64,000 nt of DNA from a virus. Below the pieces are notes generated by a model. That model saw only the letters and a program-made list of their open reading frames with translations, had not been told where the DNA came from and ran no database searches. Position numbers and translations under genes: made by a program. Shown in pieces: positions 26,262 through 36,600 of this stretch. The stretch is taken from the IMG/VR virus record IMGVR_UViG_3300023198_000559, positions 15,996-79,995 of that record; one strand, written 5' to 3'. Position 1 is the stretch's first letter. The number at the start of each line of letters is the position of its first letter.

Positions 26262-27506
26262 ATGGCAAAAGATAAAGATGGTAAGGAAATTGAGGATGAA
26301 AATTTCTCAACTGACTTAAAAGGAACGTTCTTTGATACCTTTCAATTTAGTGAAGAAGATGCTCCCTTAAAGGAGAAGACAGAAGTCGCTAAGGAAGAAA
26401 CCAAGGAAGAACCTGAGAAAAAGGAGACTGAAGAGGCTCCTGAGAAAAAAGAAACTGAGGAAGAGACTAAGGAGGAACAAACTCCTGAGGAACTCCAAGT
26501 AGAAATCGAAACTATCGCTACTGCTCTTAAGGAGAAGAACGCAGATGAACTCGATGATGACGAGAAACAGTTTCTAGAGGATTACGAGAAAGGTGATCTT
26601 AAGGAATACACTCCGGGAAAGAAAGAGGAAAAGGAAGAGGAAGAAGGAGAGAAGGCAGGTTACGATGTATTAGCTAAAACCTTGATAGACAAGGGAGTAT
26701 TAGAAAATGATGACGACCTAGAAGACACAGAAGAAAGCTTCTCGTCTGTAATTACTAAAACTGTAGACAAAAAAGTAGATGATTACCTGGCAGAGATTCC
26801 AGAAGAATATAAGAACATCATAGACTTTATGCGTACAGGAGGTAATGCTCAAGAGTATTTACAGTCTAAGGCCCGTATCGATTATGATAACCTTGACCTA
26901 AAGAAACCTGAGATACAAGATGCTCTAATTCGTGAAGATTTACGTCTCCAGGGATATGACCAAAACGATATCGATGAGAAGGTTCAGGACTACAGAGACT
27001 TAGAGAAATCTGAGAAAGAAGCTACTAAAGCTTCTAAAGGATTTTCAAAGCAGCAGGACGATAGAATCGCTGCTTATGATAAGTCAATTGCAGATGGGAT
27101 TAAAGCTCAAGATGCAGCAGAAGAAGCAGAGGTAGAGGAATTGAGTGCCGCTATTGATAAGTTAACTGAGATAGCAGGATTTAAGCTCACTAAGAAACGA
27201 AGAGAAGCTTTTAAGAAGTATTTATTTGAAACAGACGCAGAAGGCGAAACTGCAGCAAGTAAAGCTTCAAAAGGTATTGACAATAGAATCAATCTGTACT
27301 TTATGGATTTTGTTGGTTACAATTTTGACGACCTAGAAAGGTCAGTAACTACCAAGAAAACTAAAGATTTCAGTAAACTTCTAAGTAGATATAAAGATAA
27401 ATCTACGAAAGTAACAGGTGTTGTGGTTGAAGAAAAGAACCCGAATCCTGAAGAACAAGAACTTAAGATTCCTAGCATGTTTAGCAAGGGTCCTGAGGAC
27501 GATTAA
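26262..27506 (+). CDS. Acidic capsid scaffold-like protein
   Basis: Start MAKDKD; extremely E/K-rich and helical; directly upstream of the MCP. Confidence 0.7.
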   Translation: MAKDKDGKEIEDENFSTDLKGTFFDTFQFSEEDAPLKEKTEVAKEETKEEPEKKETEEAPEKKETEEETKEEQTPEELQVEIETIATALKEKNADELDDDEKQFLEDYEKGDLKEYTPGKKEEKEEEEGEKAGYDVLAKTLIDKGVLENDDDLEDTEESFSSVITKTVDKKVDDYLAEIPEEYKNIIDFMRTGGNAQEYLQSKARIDYDNLDLKKPEIQDALIREDLRLQGYDQNDIDEKVQDYRDLEKSEKEATKASKGFSKQQDDRIAAYDKSIADGIKAQDAAEEAEVEELSAAIDKLTEIAGFKLTKKRREAFKKYLFETDAEGETAASKASKGIDNRINLYFMDFVGYNFDDLERSVTTKKTKDFSKLLSRYKDKSTKVTGVVVEEKNPNPEEQELKIPSMFSKGPEDD

Positions 27507-27535
27507 ATTTGTAACTTTTTAAATTAATATATATT

Positions 27536-28999
27536 ATGGCAATGGAACAAGCAGCAGTATCCCCCTTACAGTTACTACAACTACGTAGATTACCTGTGGG
27601 TATGACTGAGAGTTCACACTTATCAAATGCATATCTTACAGAACCTGAGAAAATGGACTCTGTTCTAGCTTATGCCTTTGGTACACAGAACAAGACGGTA
27701 CTTTCGATGTTAACAGGCGGAATTGGAAACACTAAGACTATCTCTAATAGAGAGTATAAGTGGGACCTACATGGTATGAACGAGCAATCGATTCCTATCT
27801 CTTCAGCTCCTGGTACATCAAGTGTTACACCTGGTTTAGGTGGTGCACCTTTCAAAGTAAAATTTGGCGACAAGTTTTTTGCAGTAACTGATAACTTGGT
27901 ATCTGATTTAGGTACACAGGTTAGAGTACAAGCAGAACCTCAACCAGAAGGTAGCGACTGGGTTTATACATTAGTATTAACTGACCCAGATGGCTCTAAA
28001 TTTATTGACCCTGCAGATATAGCAGTAGGCGCTAGGTTTAGTAAAGACTTCTCTTCTGTTGGAGAATTCTCTGCGAAAGGTGGAGGAACCAACTTCACAG
28101 CTCCAATGACATTAACTAACCAGTTAACAACATTACGTAAAGAGTACACAGTTACTCGTAGTGCTGCTACTGATGTTATGATCATTGAGATGACTGCAGA
28201 TGATGGTCAGAAAACACGTCTTTGGACTAAGCTAGCAGAGTGGACTGCTCTTGCTCAGTGGTACAAAGAAGTGGATAGAGCTATGCTCTATACGATTTAT
28301 AATAAAAATCCTCAAGGACATGTAACTCTTCAAGGAGAGAATAAGCGTCCTGTTTATCATGGTGCGGGATTACGTCAGCAGATTTCACCTGCTAACATCC
28401 GTTACTACTCAAAACTTACTTATGAAATCCTAGACAACTTCCTATTGGATCTGTCTTACTCAGCTAGTCGTTGGGGCGGGGATCATAAATTTGTTGCGCT
28501 TACCGGTAAGATGGGAATGCGTGAATTCCACAGAGCTATTGTTGCAGAACAAAACGCACTTGGAATTACAGTAACAGATCATGGTACATTCATTAGTGGT
28601 TCTGGTCAGGAATTAACATTCCAGGGACAATTCACAACTGTTAAATTCCTTAATGGAATTGAGTTGACAGTGAAGGAATTCCCTGAGTATGACGACATTG
28701 TAAGAAATCGTCAGTTACATCCTGTATCTAAGAAGCCTATTGAGTCATATAGATTTACAATCCTAAACTTTGGTCGTAAGAATGGAAAATCTAACATCCG
28801 TAAGGTTGTTAAGAAGAACAGTGATAATGCCATGTGGCACGTTGCAGGTTCTACAACTCCATTTGGTGATGTAGCTAAGTCTATGTCAACGATGAGAAGT
28901 TCAGGAATTGACGGATATCAAGTACATATGCTTACTGAGGGTGGTGTTCAGTTGGAAGACCCAACATCATCAGGCGAGCTTATTATGCGCTTGAACTAG
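27536..28999 (+). CDS. Major capsid protein (crAss-like HK97 fold)
   Basis: 487 aa; NQLTTLRKEY, GAGLRQQI, TGKMGMREF, ESYRFTIL motifs and gene position. Confidence 0.9.
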   Translation: MAMEQAAVSPLQLLQLRRLPVGMTESSHLSNAYLTEPEKMDSVLAYAFGTQNKTVLSMLTGGIGNTKTISNREYKWDLHGMNEQSIPISSAPGTSSVTPGLGGAPFKVKFGDKFFAVTDNLVSDLGTQVRVQAEPQPEGSDWVYTLVLTDPDGSKFIDPADIAVGARFSKDFSSVGEFSAKGGGTNFTAPMTLTNQLTTLRKEYTVTRSAATDVMIIEMTADDGQKTRLWTKLAEWTALAQWYKEVDRAMLYTIYNKNPQGHVTLQGENKRPVYHGAGLRQQISPANIRYYSKLTYEILDNFLLDLSYSASRWGGDHKFVALTGKMGMREFHRAIVAEQNALGITVTDHGTFISGSGQELTFQGQFTTVKFLNGIELTVKEFPEYDDIVRNRQLHPVSKKPIESYRFTILNFGRKNGKSNIRKVVKKNSDNAMWHVAGSTTPFGDVAKSMSTMRSSGIDGYQVHMLTEGGVQLEDPTSSGELIMRLN

Positions 29000-29011
29000 G
29001 AAGATTCATCT

Positions 29012-29075
29012 TTTGTTGTTAGTTGAAGTATAGGGGTTTCGGCTCCTGTACTTCTAACTTAACAGCAGATTTTTA
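29012..29075 (+). terminator. Long-stem UUCG-capped terminator-like hairpin after the MCP
   Basis: UGUUGUUAGUUGAAGUAUAGGGGU-UUCG-GCUCCUGUACUUCUAACUUAACAGCA followed by GAUUUUU. Confidence 0.65.
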
Positions 29076-29101
29076 TTACTAACAAACAAAACAACAACAA
29101 A

Positions 29102-29860
29102 ATGATACTAAAATTAGAAAAGGCGAGAATTGACAATTGGACAAAACGTAAATTCTTTGAAGGCACAGCAGCCAAAATTGGTCCAAGTCTAGACAAGATG
29201 GGGCAACCTGTCACTGGTCTAAAAGACTTAAAAGAAGAGCAAAAGTTTGAAAAGCTTTTAGGGTTACCTGCAGGAACACTTGCTAAGAACTCTAACTACT
29301 GGAATGAGATTATGATTATAGTAGATGCTGAAGGTACTTTATTTGACGATACAGTAGCAGAACATCAACTATTACTCAAGTTTCTTAGAGCACAATCGCT
29401 TGTAGCTGAAGGAACTAAAGAACTTCTAACTAATGCCAGAGCAGAATATGTTCTAGTAAATGAGGAAGAAGAAAAGGTAGAGAAGAACAAAGGACGTAGA
29501 TTGAAGAATGAGGCACTTAAGAAAGTGGCGAAATTGGATCCTGCAGAGCTTAAAGGTTTAGTATTTATGTATGGACATAATCCTACAAGTATGACTCCTG
29601 ATGGCGTTGAAGACTTTATCTTCGAAAAGGTTGAACAAGATCCTGCTACATTCAATTTGATTGTAGAAGATCCAGCCAGGGAAGCAAAAGTCTTTGTTCA
29701 CAATCTGCATAAGGCAGAATTGCTAGAGGTACGAGGAGGAGCGTATATGTACAATGGTGAGGTACTTGCCTATGGACTAGATGCTACTGCACACTTACTT
29801 CAAAAGAAAGATAAGCAGGAGTTAAGAATTGCTCTTGAGAAACAACTAATAGAGAAATAA
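29102..29860 (+). CDS. Conserved crAss-like post-MCP protein
   Basis: 252 aa; NSNYW motif and gene position. Confidence 0.65.
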   Translation: MILKLEKARIDNWTKRKFFEGTAAKIGPSLDKMGQPVTGLKDLKEEQKFEKLLGLPAGTLAKNSNYWNEIMIIVDAEGTLFDDTVAEHQLLLKFLRAQSLVAEGTKELLTNARAEYVLVNEEEEKVEKNKGRRLKNEALKKVAKLDPAELKGLVFMYGHNPTSMTPDGVEDFIFEKVEQDPATFNLIVEDPAREAKVFVHNLHKAELLEVRGGAYMYNGEVLAYGLDATAHLLQKKDKQELRIALEKQLIEK

Positions 29861-29861
29861 T

Positions 29862-30512
29862 ATGACTGAAATAGAAGCAGCACAAAAATTTAAAGTAGAG
29901 TTAAACAAACTAGATAGGTCTTCAGCTATAGACGTCCGTATCGAAAAGGTACTACACTATCTAAATAAAGCTGCACTATTTCTAGTTAAAAGGAAGTATA
30001 AAGGAGATGATCCAGGGCCAGGTCGATTAGAGGTTAATCACCCGGTACTGGATGATCTTAAGGTTCTTATCACGGAGGTGACTCCTGATTTTACTAGTGA
30101 GGATTCAGAAACAAGTATTGATTTTGAAGACGATCATTTATATTTCTTATCATGTAGAATTAGTACTAGTAACGAACTAAATACTACTCCTGCGTGGCGT
30201 GAAGGAAGGTATGTGAAACCTGAAAGAGTTTATAAGGAATTAGAAGATCCTTTCAATACCTCACATTTAGATGATCCTATGGTAAGCCTTATTGGGAATG
30301 CCCTGGTTGTTTATAATACAGATTTCACAATTAACAACATTAAGATAAAGTATTTAAAGACTCCTATAACGATTACCGGATCGGCTAGTATAATGGAGTT
30401 ACCTTTTGCTGATGAGATTATTGATGTGGCCACTACAATGGCTCTTGAAAACTTTGAAAGTGAAAGAATTAAGTCACAGCCCGGAATTAGTGTGGTGACT
30501 GCTAGTGAGTAA
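29862..30512 (+). CDS. Tail ring / head-tail connector protein
   Basis: YLNKA, DDLKVL, IKYLKTP, EIIDVA motifs typical of crAss-like ring proteins. Confidence 0.65.
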   Translation: MTEIEAAQKFKVELNKLDRSSAIDVRIEKVLHYLNKAALFLVKRKYKGDDPGPGRLEVNHPVLDDLKVLITEVTPDFTSEDSETSIDFEDDHLYFLSCRISTSNELNTTPAWREGRYVKPERVYKELEDPFNTSHLDDPMVSLIGNALVVYNTDFTINNIKIKYLKTPITITGSASIMELPFADEIIDVATTMALENFESERIKSQPGISVVTASE

Positions 30513-30571
30513 TCAATAAATTGATTATATTTGAATAAATTATTATTATTAACTTTTAAACATTAAGAAAA

Positions 30572-31777
30572 ATGTTAAATTACGTAAACAGAGTAATCGT
30601 AGGTAAGTCGACTGGTGGAGCAAATACTGGAGCAACACTTGCTACTATTACAAGAGGAGACATCCTTATCCTAAGTGAAGACATGGCAGTTTTAGCGAAT
30701 GGCGCTGCTAAACAGCCTACCTATGTTGCTGTTGGAACAGGGGTCACAGATAATCCTTTTATTTTGAGTTCTTTAATTCACCCAATTGATAGCATGAAGG
30801 TGAATCAGAAAACAACTCGAGCTGCAGCAAACCAGGTAACTTATGTTGGGTGGAACGGTACTGTTGGAGATATAGGAGCTGTAGTAGACGAAGCAGTCTA
30901 TGAAGTTATCCTTGCTTTCAAGGACCGTCAACGTTTAATCGCAAACCGTCAAACTCGTATGGTACTTAATGCAGCTGCAGATGGTACAGACAAGTATGAC
31001 TTGTGTGCACAATTAGAAAAGCAATCACGCTTTGATTCACCTTATTCTGATCCTTATGGGGTTCAGGTAGACATTTTAGCTGTTGGTACAACTACAGTAT
31101 CTGATAACACTGTTCGTGTTACTAAGAATAGTAGAAGTATTACTTATGCTACTGCTGCTACTCACAATGTTGGTACTGCTATCATAGTTGGTGATGTTAT
31201 CGCTTTTGATAATATTGACTATAAAGTAACTGCAGTAGACGCACTTGAACTTACATTAGACAGACCTTTCAAAGCTGCTTCTGAAGCTGCTTTTACAGCT
31301 GCTGACATTGATATTAAGAAATCTATCACTGCTGCTGGTCTTAAGATTACTGGTCTTGCTTCTCCTTTCAATAACCCAGATGTAGATATCTACGAGAAGG
31401 TTGTATTTGAAGTAGGTGTTAGTGCATCTTTTGCTTCAGCTCCTGTTGATTATTCAGTTGCTGCTGATCTTGGACAAGGTATCTATGAGCAAGTTAAGAA
31501 AATGGAATTTGACGTACAAGGTTACTTAGGTAATACTAACTTGCGCGACTGGCCTATCCATTCTTTTGATTATCACGCTGTTAGTGGTACCGCTTATGAT
31601 GTTGTGAATATCAATTCTTTTGACCAACATGAAGGAGATCTTCAAAGTCAAATGAATTCACCTGTAGGGTTAACTCTTGCTTTCTCTGCAACTGCTGCAA
31701 CTCAAAGAAACGCTGTTCTTACAATTTTGGAAGACGCGTTAGGCTTAGGTGCTGCATATTTTAGTGGTAAGTGGTAA
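30572..31777 (+). CDS. Auxiliary capsid / virion structural protein
   Basis: 401 aa, A/T/V-rich; preceded by TATATTTG (30526-33) and followed by a terminator. Confidence 0.6.
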   Translation: MLNYVNRVIVGKSTGGANTGATLATITRGDILILSEDMAVLANGAAKQPTYVAVGTGVTDNPFILSSLIHPIDSMKVNQKTTRAAANQVTYVGWNGTVGDIGAVVDEAVYEVILAFKDRQRLIANRQTRMVLNAAADGTDKYDLCAQLEKQSRFDSPYSDPYGVQVDILAVGTTTVSDNTVRVTKNSRSITYATAATHNVGTAIIVGDVIAFDNIDYKVTAVDALELTLDRPFKAASEAAFTAADIDIKKSITAAGLKITGLASPFNNPDVDIYEKVVFEVGVSASFASAPVDYSVAADLGQGIYEQVKKMEFDVQGYLGNTNLRDWPIHSFDYHAVSGTAYDVVNINSFDQHEGDLQSQMNSPVGLTLAFSATAATQRNAVLTILEDALGLGAAYFSGKW

Positions 31778-31802
31778 GAGAGTCTAGTACAATTAATTAA
31801 CA

Positions 31803-31840
31803 AAGTAGGTGGAATATTGATTTATTTCACCTATTTTTGT
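31803..31840 (+). terminator. Intrinsic terminator
   Basis: AAGTAGGTGGAATA-ttgatt-TATTTCACCTATTT followed by TTGTTT. Confidence 0.55.
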
Positions 31841-31846
31841 TTAATT

Positions 31847-32500
31847 ATGACTCTACAAGAAATTATATATACTATAAAAAATTCCTTGGGCACTGATGCT
31901 GAGGAACTAACAAACAGACAGTACAAGTTTATTATAGATTACTATAGAGCTAAGTTACTGAGACAGAGACTTAAAGCAGGCGAATTAGTATCCCCAGCCT
32001 TTTCTCCTGTTATTCACAAAATACAGTTAAAAGCCCTTGAAGATTCAGACCCTGGAAGTTTGGATACTGATGGTGGTACCCTTAAAACTGTAAAGAGTAT
32101 TCCAGTCATTATCCCTCACACTAAAGAATCCACTCTAATGTACTTAGGTGCTACGGATGGATTTCTTCCTTTTCAGGAAACTGCTTTCCAGGCACTGGAT
32201 CTAGAGCAACACGCTAAGTATATTAAAAAGCAACCTAAATGGTACTTACTCGGGAGTAAGATTTATATTACTAATCCTCCAGATGAGCAAGTAGAATATA
32301 TATCATTACAAGGTATCTTCGAAGACCCAGCAGCAGCCGCTGCTTTGAGTGCTGATTTTGATACTGATAGTTTACGAAACTATAGTTTTGAATATGCTAT
32401 GGCTGGTGATATGGTAGATACAATTGTAAAATTAATCCGTGATAACGAGATGGCACCCCTTTTAAAAGAACTAGATGAAGATGACAATTCTCAACGATGA
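31847..32500 (+). CDS. Tail ring protein
   Basis: Start MTLQEIIY; YRAKLLRQ and GIFEDP motifs. Confidence 0.65.
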   Translation: MTLQEIIYTIKNSLGTDAEELTNRQYKFIIDYYRAKLLRQRLKAGELVSPAFSPVIHKIQLKALEDSDPGSLDTDGGTLKTVKSIPVIIPHTKESTLMYLGATDGFLPFQETAFQALDLEQHAKYIKKQPKWYLLGSKIYITNPPDEQVEYISLQGIFEDPAAAAALSADFDTDSLRNYSFEYAMAGDMVDTIVKLIRDNEMAPLLKELDEDDNSQR

Positions 32501-32921
32501 GTTAGGAATTAAACAAATATATAAGTTTTATCGTTCTAAGGATTATACAACAAAAGATGAAAAAGTGCTGTATGATAAGTTTAGAAAGGTCTGTTATGCA
32601 GTAAACAAGAAGATAGCTGAGAAAATGCTTGAAGGGAAATATATAAGACTTCCATTTAACCTGGGAAAGTTTTATATTAGGAAGAGAAAGAATAACTACA
32701 AAAGTTTAAAGATTGATTTCAACTACTATAATACTACCGGTAAGGTGGCATACCATTTAAATGAGCATTCGAATAAGTTTCACGCTAAGTGGTTTTGGGA
32801 AAAGATTAGTTGCAGAATACCCGGGAATAAGATTTACAGTTTTATTCCTTCTAGGAAAAACAAACGAGACCTAGCGAAAATAATGAAACAACCTGGTGGT
32901 TATATAAACTATTTAGAATAA
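32475..32921 (+). CDS. IHF-like protein (crAss tail-module type)
   Basis: LPFNLGKFYIRK, HLNEHS and YSFIPSR motifs. Confidence 0.7.
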   Translation: MKMTILNDELGIKQIYKFYRSKDYTTKDEKVLYDKFRKVCYAVNKKIAEKMLEGKYIRLPFNLGKFYIRKRKNNYKSLKIDFNYYNTTGKVAYHLNEHSNKFHAKWFWEKISCRIPGNKIYSFIPSRKNKRDLAKIMKQPGGYINYLE

Positions 32922-33667
32922 TGGCAGTATTTAAACAAGTAAGTATTAAAGTGGCTCTCCGTAAGATATCTTCCGGCCTGGGCTATACAAAAGCAACAGC
33001 AAGTGAATTTCCATGGCAAGATGCAGTGGAATGGATTGGTGAGGCCCTAAATCAAATAGGAGCCTATACTCAATATGATGCAAAAGAAGTTACCTTAACG
33101 GTGGAGGATTATAAAGCGAAATTGCCTTGTGACTTCATTCACCTGAAGCGTATGTTAAACATGTCAACTTATCCTAGAGGAGAACGCGATGTTGGTAACG
33201 CTAATTTAATAGATAATGAAGTAGATACAGATGAAGAACAAGCTGCGAGACTTCTAGCAAGCTCCAATACAGATTATGACTTTAATATCATACTAGACAA
33301 CATTATTACCTCATATAAAGATGGTACGCTAACTTTACAATACTTAGCTATGCCTATTGATGAGGAAGGATTCCCCTATATTCCAGATAACGAATCTTAT
33401 AAAGAAGCTTTCTTCTGGTATATAGCAAATAGACTAGCTATTCGTGGAGAACATAAAAATAAAGAACTCAGCATAGGTTACTGTGACGCACAATGGCAAT
33501 GGTATTGTGGACAAGCTAGAGCAGAAGGAAATGCTTTAACACACGCACAATTAGACTGGTTTGCATTAGATAATTCATCTATGGTACCTTTGGCTCTCGT
33601 TAATACTTTTACAGATGCAGTTACTGCTAGAGGTACTGATAGTTCATTTGATATCCCGGTTGTATAA
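32921..33667 (+). CDS. Tail tubular / ring protein (P22 gp4-like)
   Basis: EWIGEAL, LPCDF, YLAMPIDEEGFPYIPDN, WQWYCGQA. Confidence 0.75.
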   Translation: MAVFKQVSIKVALRKISSGLGYTKATASEFPWQDAVEWIGEALNQIGAYTQYDAKEVTLTVEDYKAKLPCDFIHLKRMLNMSTYPRGERDVGNANLIDNEVDTDEEQAARLLASSNTDYDFNIILDNIITSYKDGTLTLQYLAMPIDEEGFPYIPDNESYKEAFFWYIANRLAIRGEHKNKELSIGYCDAQWQWYCGQARAEGNALTHAQLDWFALDNSSMVPLALVNTFTDAVTARGTDSSFDIPVV

Positions 33668-36600
33668 TGGAAATAGTAAACAATTCATTTGAAAAAGGCC
33701 TCAGCAAAGATTTCTCTCCTGGTAAACAACCAATAGGGACATACCTTCATGCTGAAAATATTGTAAGAGATATACAAGGAACTGTTAAATCTGAACGAGG
33801 TACTATTCTATTAGCACAAGTTACTAATCTTACTAACCCTAAGATTATTGGTGAAACTGTTATTGGAGAAGAGATTATTTTCTTTGTAGTAGCTACTGAA
33901 GGTTCTTTAATTACTAAACTTAAAGCAGACAACACACTTGAGAATATTCTATTCACAGGAGATGGTACTGCTGGTACTGGTAGTGAAACTACATTAGTAG
34001 AAAAGTCTATAGGTGGTACATCTATTGATGGGTATGATGAGGCTTACTTAGAAGTCGCTAAAACTGCTGACACTAATTTATTAGTAGTAGGAGATTCTTT
34101 AACTTTATCTGGTTTTGGAGATAATGGTGTTTTTGAAATTAAAAGTATACACAGTGTTAGCGGGAACAAGTGGCAGTTTATTTTTACTACTTTGTGGCAC
34201 CCTCCTTTTGACCAAACTGGAACTGTAACCTGGTATGTAGAAGAAACTGTAGAGGTTGATTCTTCAGAAACTTTTGTTATTTCTCCAGTAGGAAGCTCTA
34301 ATCCTGAGGAAATGAGTTTTGCTAAAAGTACTAGTGCTTTATATGATTTAGTATTTACACTTGTAGGTGCTACTGTTAGTGTTGAAATGGTGTATCGTTC
34401 TGGAGGTTCGGGTATTGGAGATCCTATTCAAGTTGATGGAATTATTGAATACTCTAGATCTTCTAAAGTATTACCAGAATCTTTTCGTCCAACACAAGCC
34501 GGTGGAGTTGAATTATATAGTGATGGGGCAGTAAGTAGTGGTTATGGTTTTAGTATAAGTTCAACCGGTGTTGTTGCTTTTACTCTATTAGATAGCGAAT
34601 TTGACACACCTCGACAAGTACTATTTACGGGTATTAAAACTTATACATCATCTGGACAAGCTACTTCTACTATACCTCCGTCAGCTGAACACCCTTATCT
34701 GAATTTTAGTTACGCCTATCCTATAGATGTAGTAAGTAGAAAGAACCATAAAGGTGAGATAATTATATATTTTACTGACAATAATAACATTCCACGTCGT
34801 ATAAATACATCAACATTTATAGATGCATCTAATTTTGATAATGAAACTAAGTTGTTTCTTAATCCCAATCTACCAAGAATTACCGGTTTAGAGGTAGTAG
34901 ACGGTGGAGGAGTAACAACCGGGCTATATAATTTTGCAGCTAGGTTAGGTACAATTACCGGGAATACAACTTCCTTTAGTCAAATAAGTAATGGTATACC
35001 AGTAGTTAATGAGTCTCAAGCAGTTGGAGAATTACAATATGATGGAGCGCCACCACAAACTGTAGGCGGTAAAACTATAAAAATTAGTATTGATAATATT
35101 GATACTACATATCAGTTTATAGAAATTGCAGCTGTTACGTATACAGGAGAAGATAATGTATTAACTGCAAACATTATAGCCAAGCTTCCAATTACTACTA
35201 CTAGTATTGTTTTTGAATATTATTCAGATGAACAAATTGTAGAAGCAGTATTAGTAGAAGAATTAGCAGCAGAAGCAATAGAGTATATTAAGGCTAAAAA
35301 TTTAGTGCAGAAAGATAACTTTTTATTTTTAGCTAACTTACAAAGTAATTCTTTTGCTGGGTACGATAATTTATTACAAGGCGTAGCAGATGACATTGAA
35401 GTCTATTATGAAGAAAAACCAGATATTCAGTCTGCTACCAGTTTAATATATTCTGCAACAGCAACACCAGATCCTGTTTATGGATCAACTTTAGTAGATA
35501 TAAAACTAGATGAACTTATTGATACTACGTTTAAAAATTACAAGAACCCTGAGTATACAGATAAGTATAAAACTTATCAAAGAGATGAGGTTTACAGTTT
35601 TGCTTTAGTTCCTATCTTTACAGGAGGAATACATGGCAGCGCTTACCATATTCCAGGCTGGGCTGCTAACCCTACTTTTGACGGGGCGCCAGGAAATGAA
35701 GATACTTTACGTTTAAGAGGATGGAAAAATGCAGATGATACATATCATCATAGAATGCCTTCTGTAGAAAAATCACCTCCTTTTACAAGTGATGGTATTA
35801 AACAAACATTTATTCCAATTGGAATAACTTTTAAAGAAATAAACTTTCCAGAATCCTTATTAGCTATTTTAGAGGGGTTTACAATTGTACGCCAAAGACG
35901 CGATAGACCTAATAATGGTATTATTATTGCACAAGGTTTAGCACATAACTTTTATAATGGCCCTAATGATGCTTTAATACCTATACCTGATAATGGTAAA
36001 TGTGATCTTAAGTATCTCGCGAACGGATCTCAGATTGATTATGACTTTTATGCTCAACAAGATACATGGGATAATCCTTATTTTGCTTTTTATAGTCCAG
36101 ATATTATACATGGTCTACTTGATAGTAGCTTTTTTGGAAATGTAAGTTCTTTAAAACAAGTTAGCATTAAAAATTTAAAAGAGGTTGCTTCTAATAATAT
36201 AGGAACTACACACTTAAGGCATAAGACATATGGAGTATACTACTGTGACTTTGAAGATATTAGTGTAAATCCTCCTACTACAGGAGGCCTCGATCCTACT
36301 GATAGAAGTAAACTTCATGTATCACAAGATCTAGTTACTTCTTTCTTTTATAATATAGTTCCTTTTCAAAGAGACTTAGCAGAATCAATAACATTACCAG
36401 ATGGTAAAATTATACGTGCCTCTGGAATGAGCGGGAAACCTGTAGTATTTAAATTATCCTCTGGTAAACTAATAAGGGACACACAAACATTTAGAGGGAA
36501 TATGAGTTCTTTTGTTTTAACTGGTACTGATATCATGGTGGCCCCTCCTACTGGAGTAAGTTGGTCTACTTATACTTGGCAGACAACTGAAATAAATAAT

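Noticed and set aside
20847-28999. Inteins or introns in TerL, portal or MCP
   Set aside because: ORFs are continuous and of ordinary crAss-like length, with no intein or homing-endonuclease motifs.
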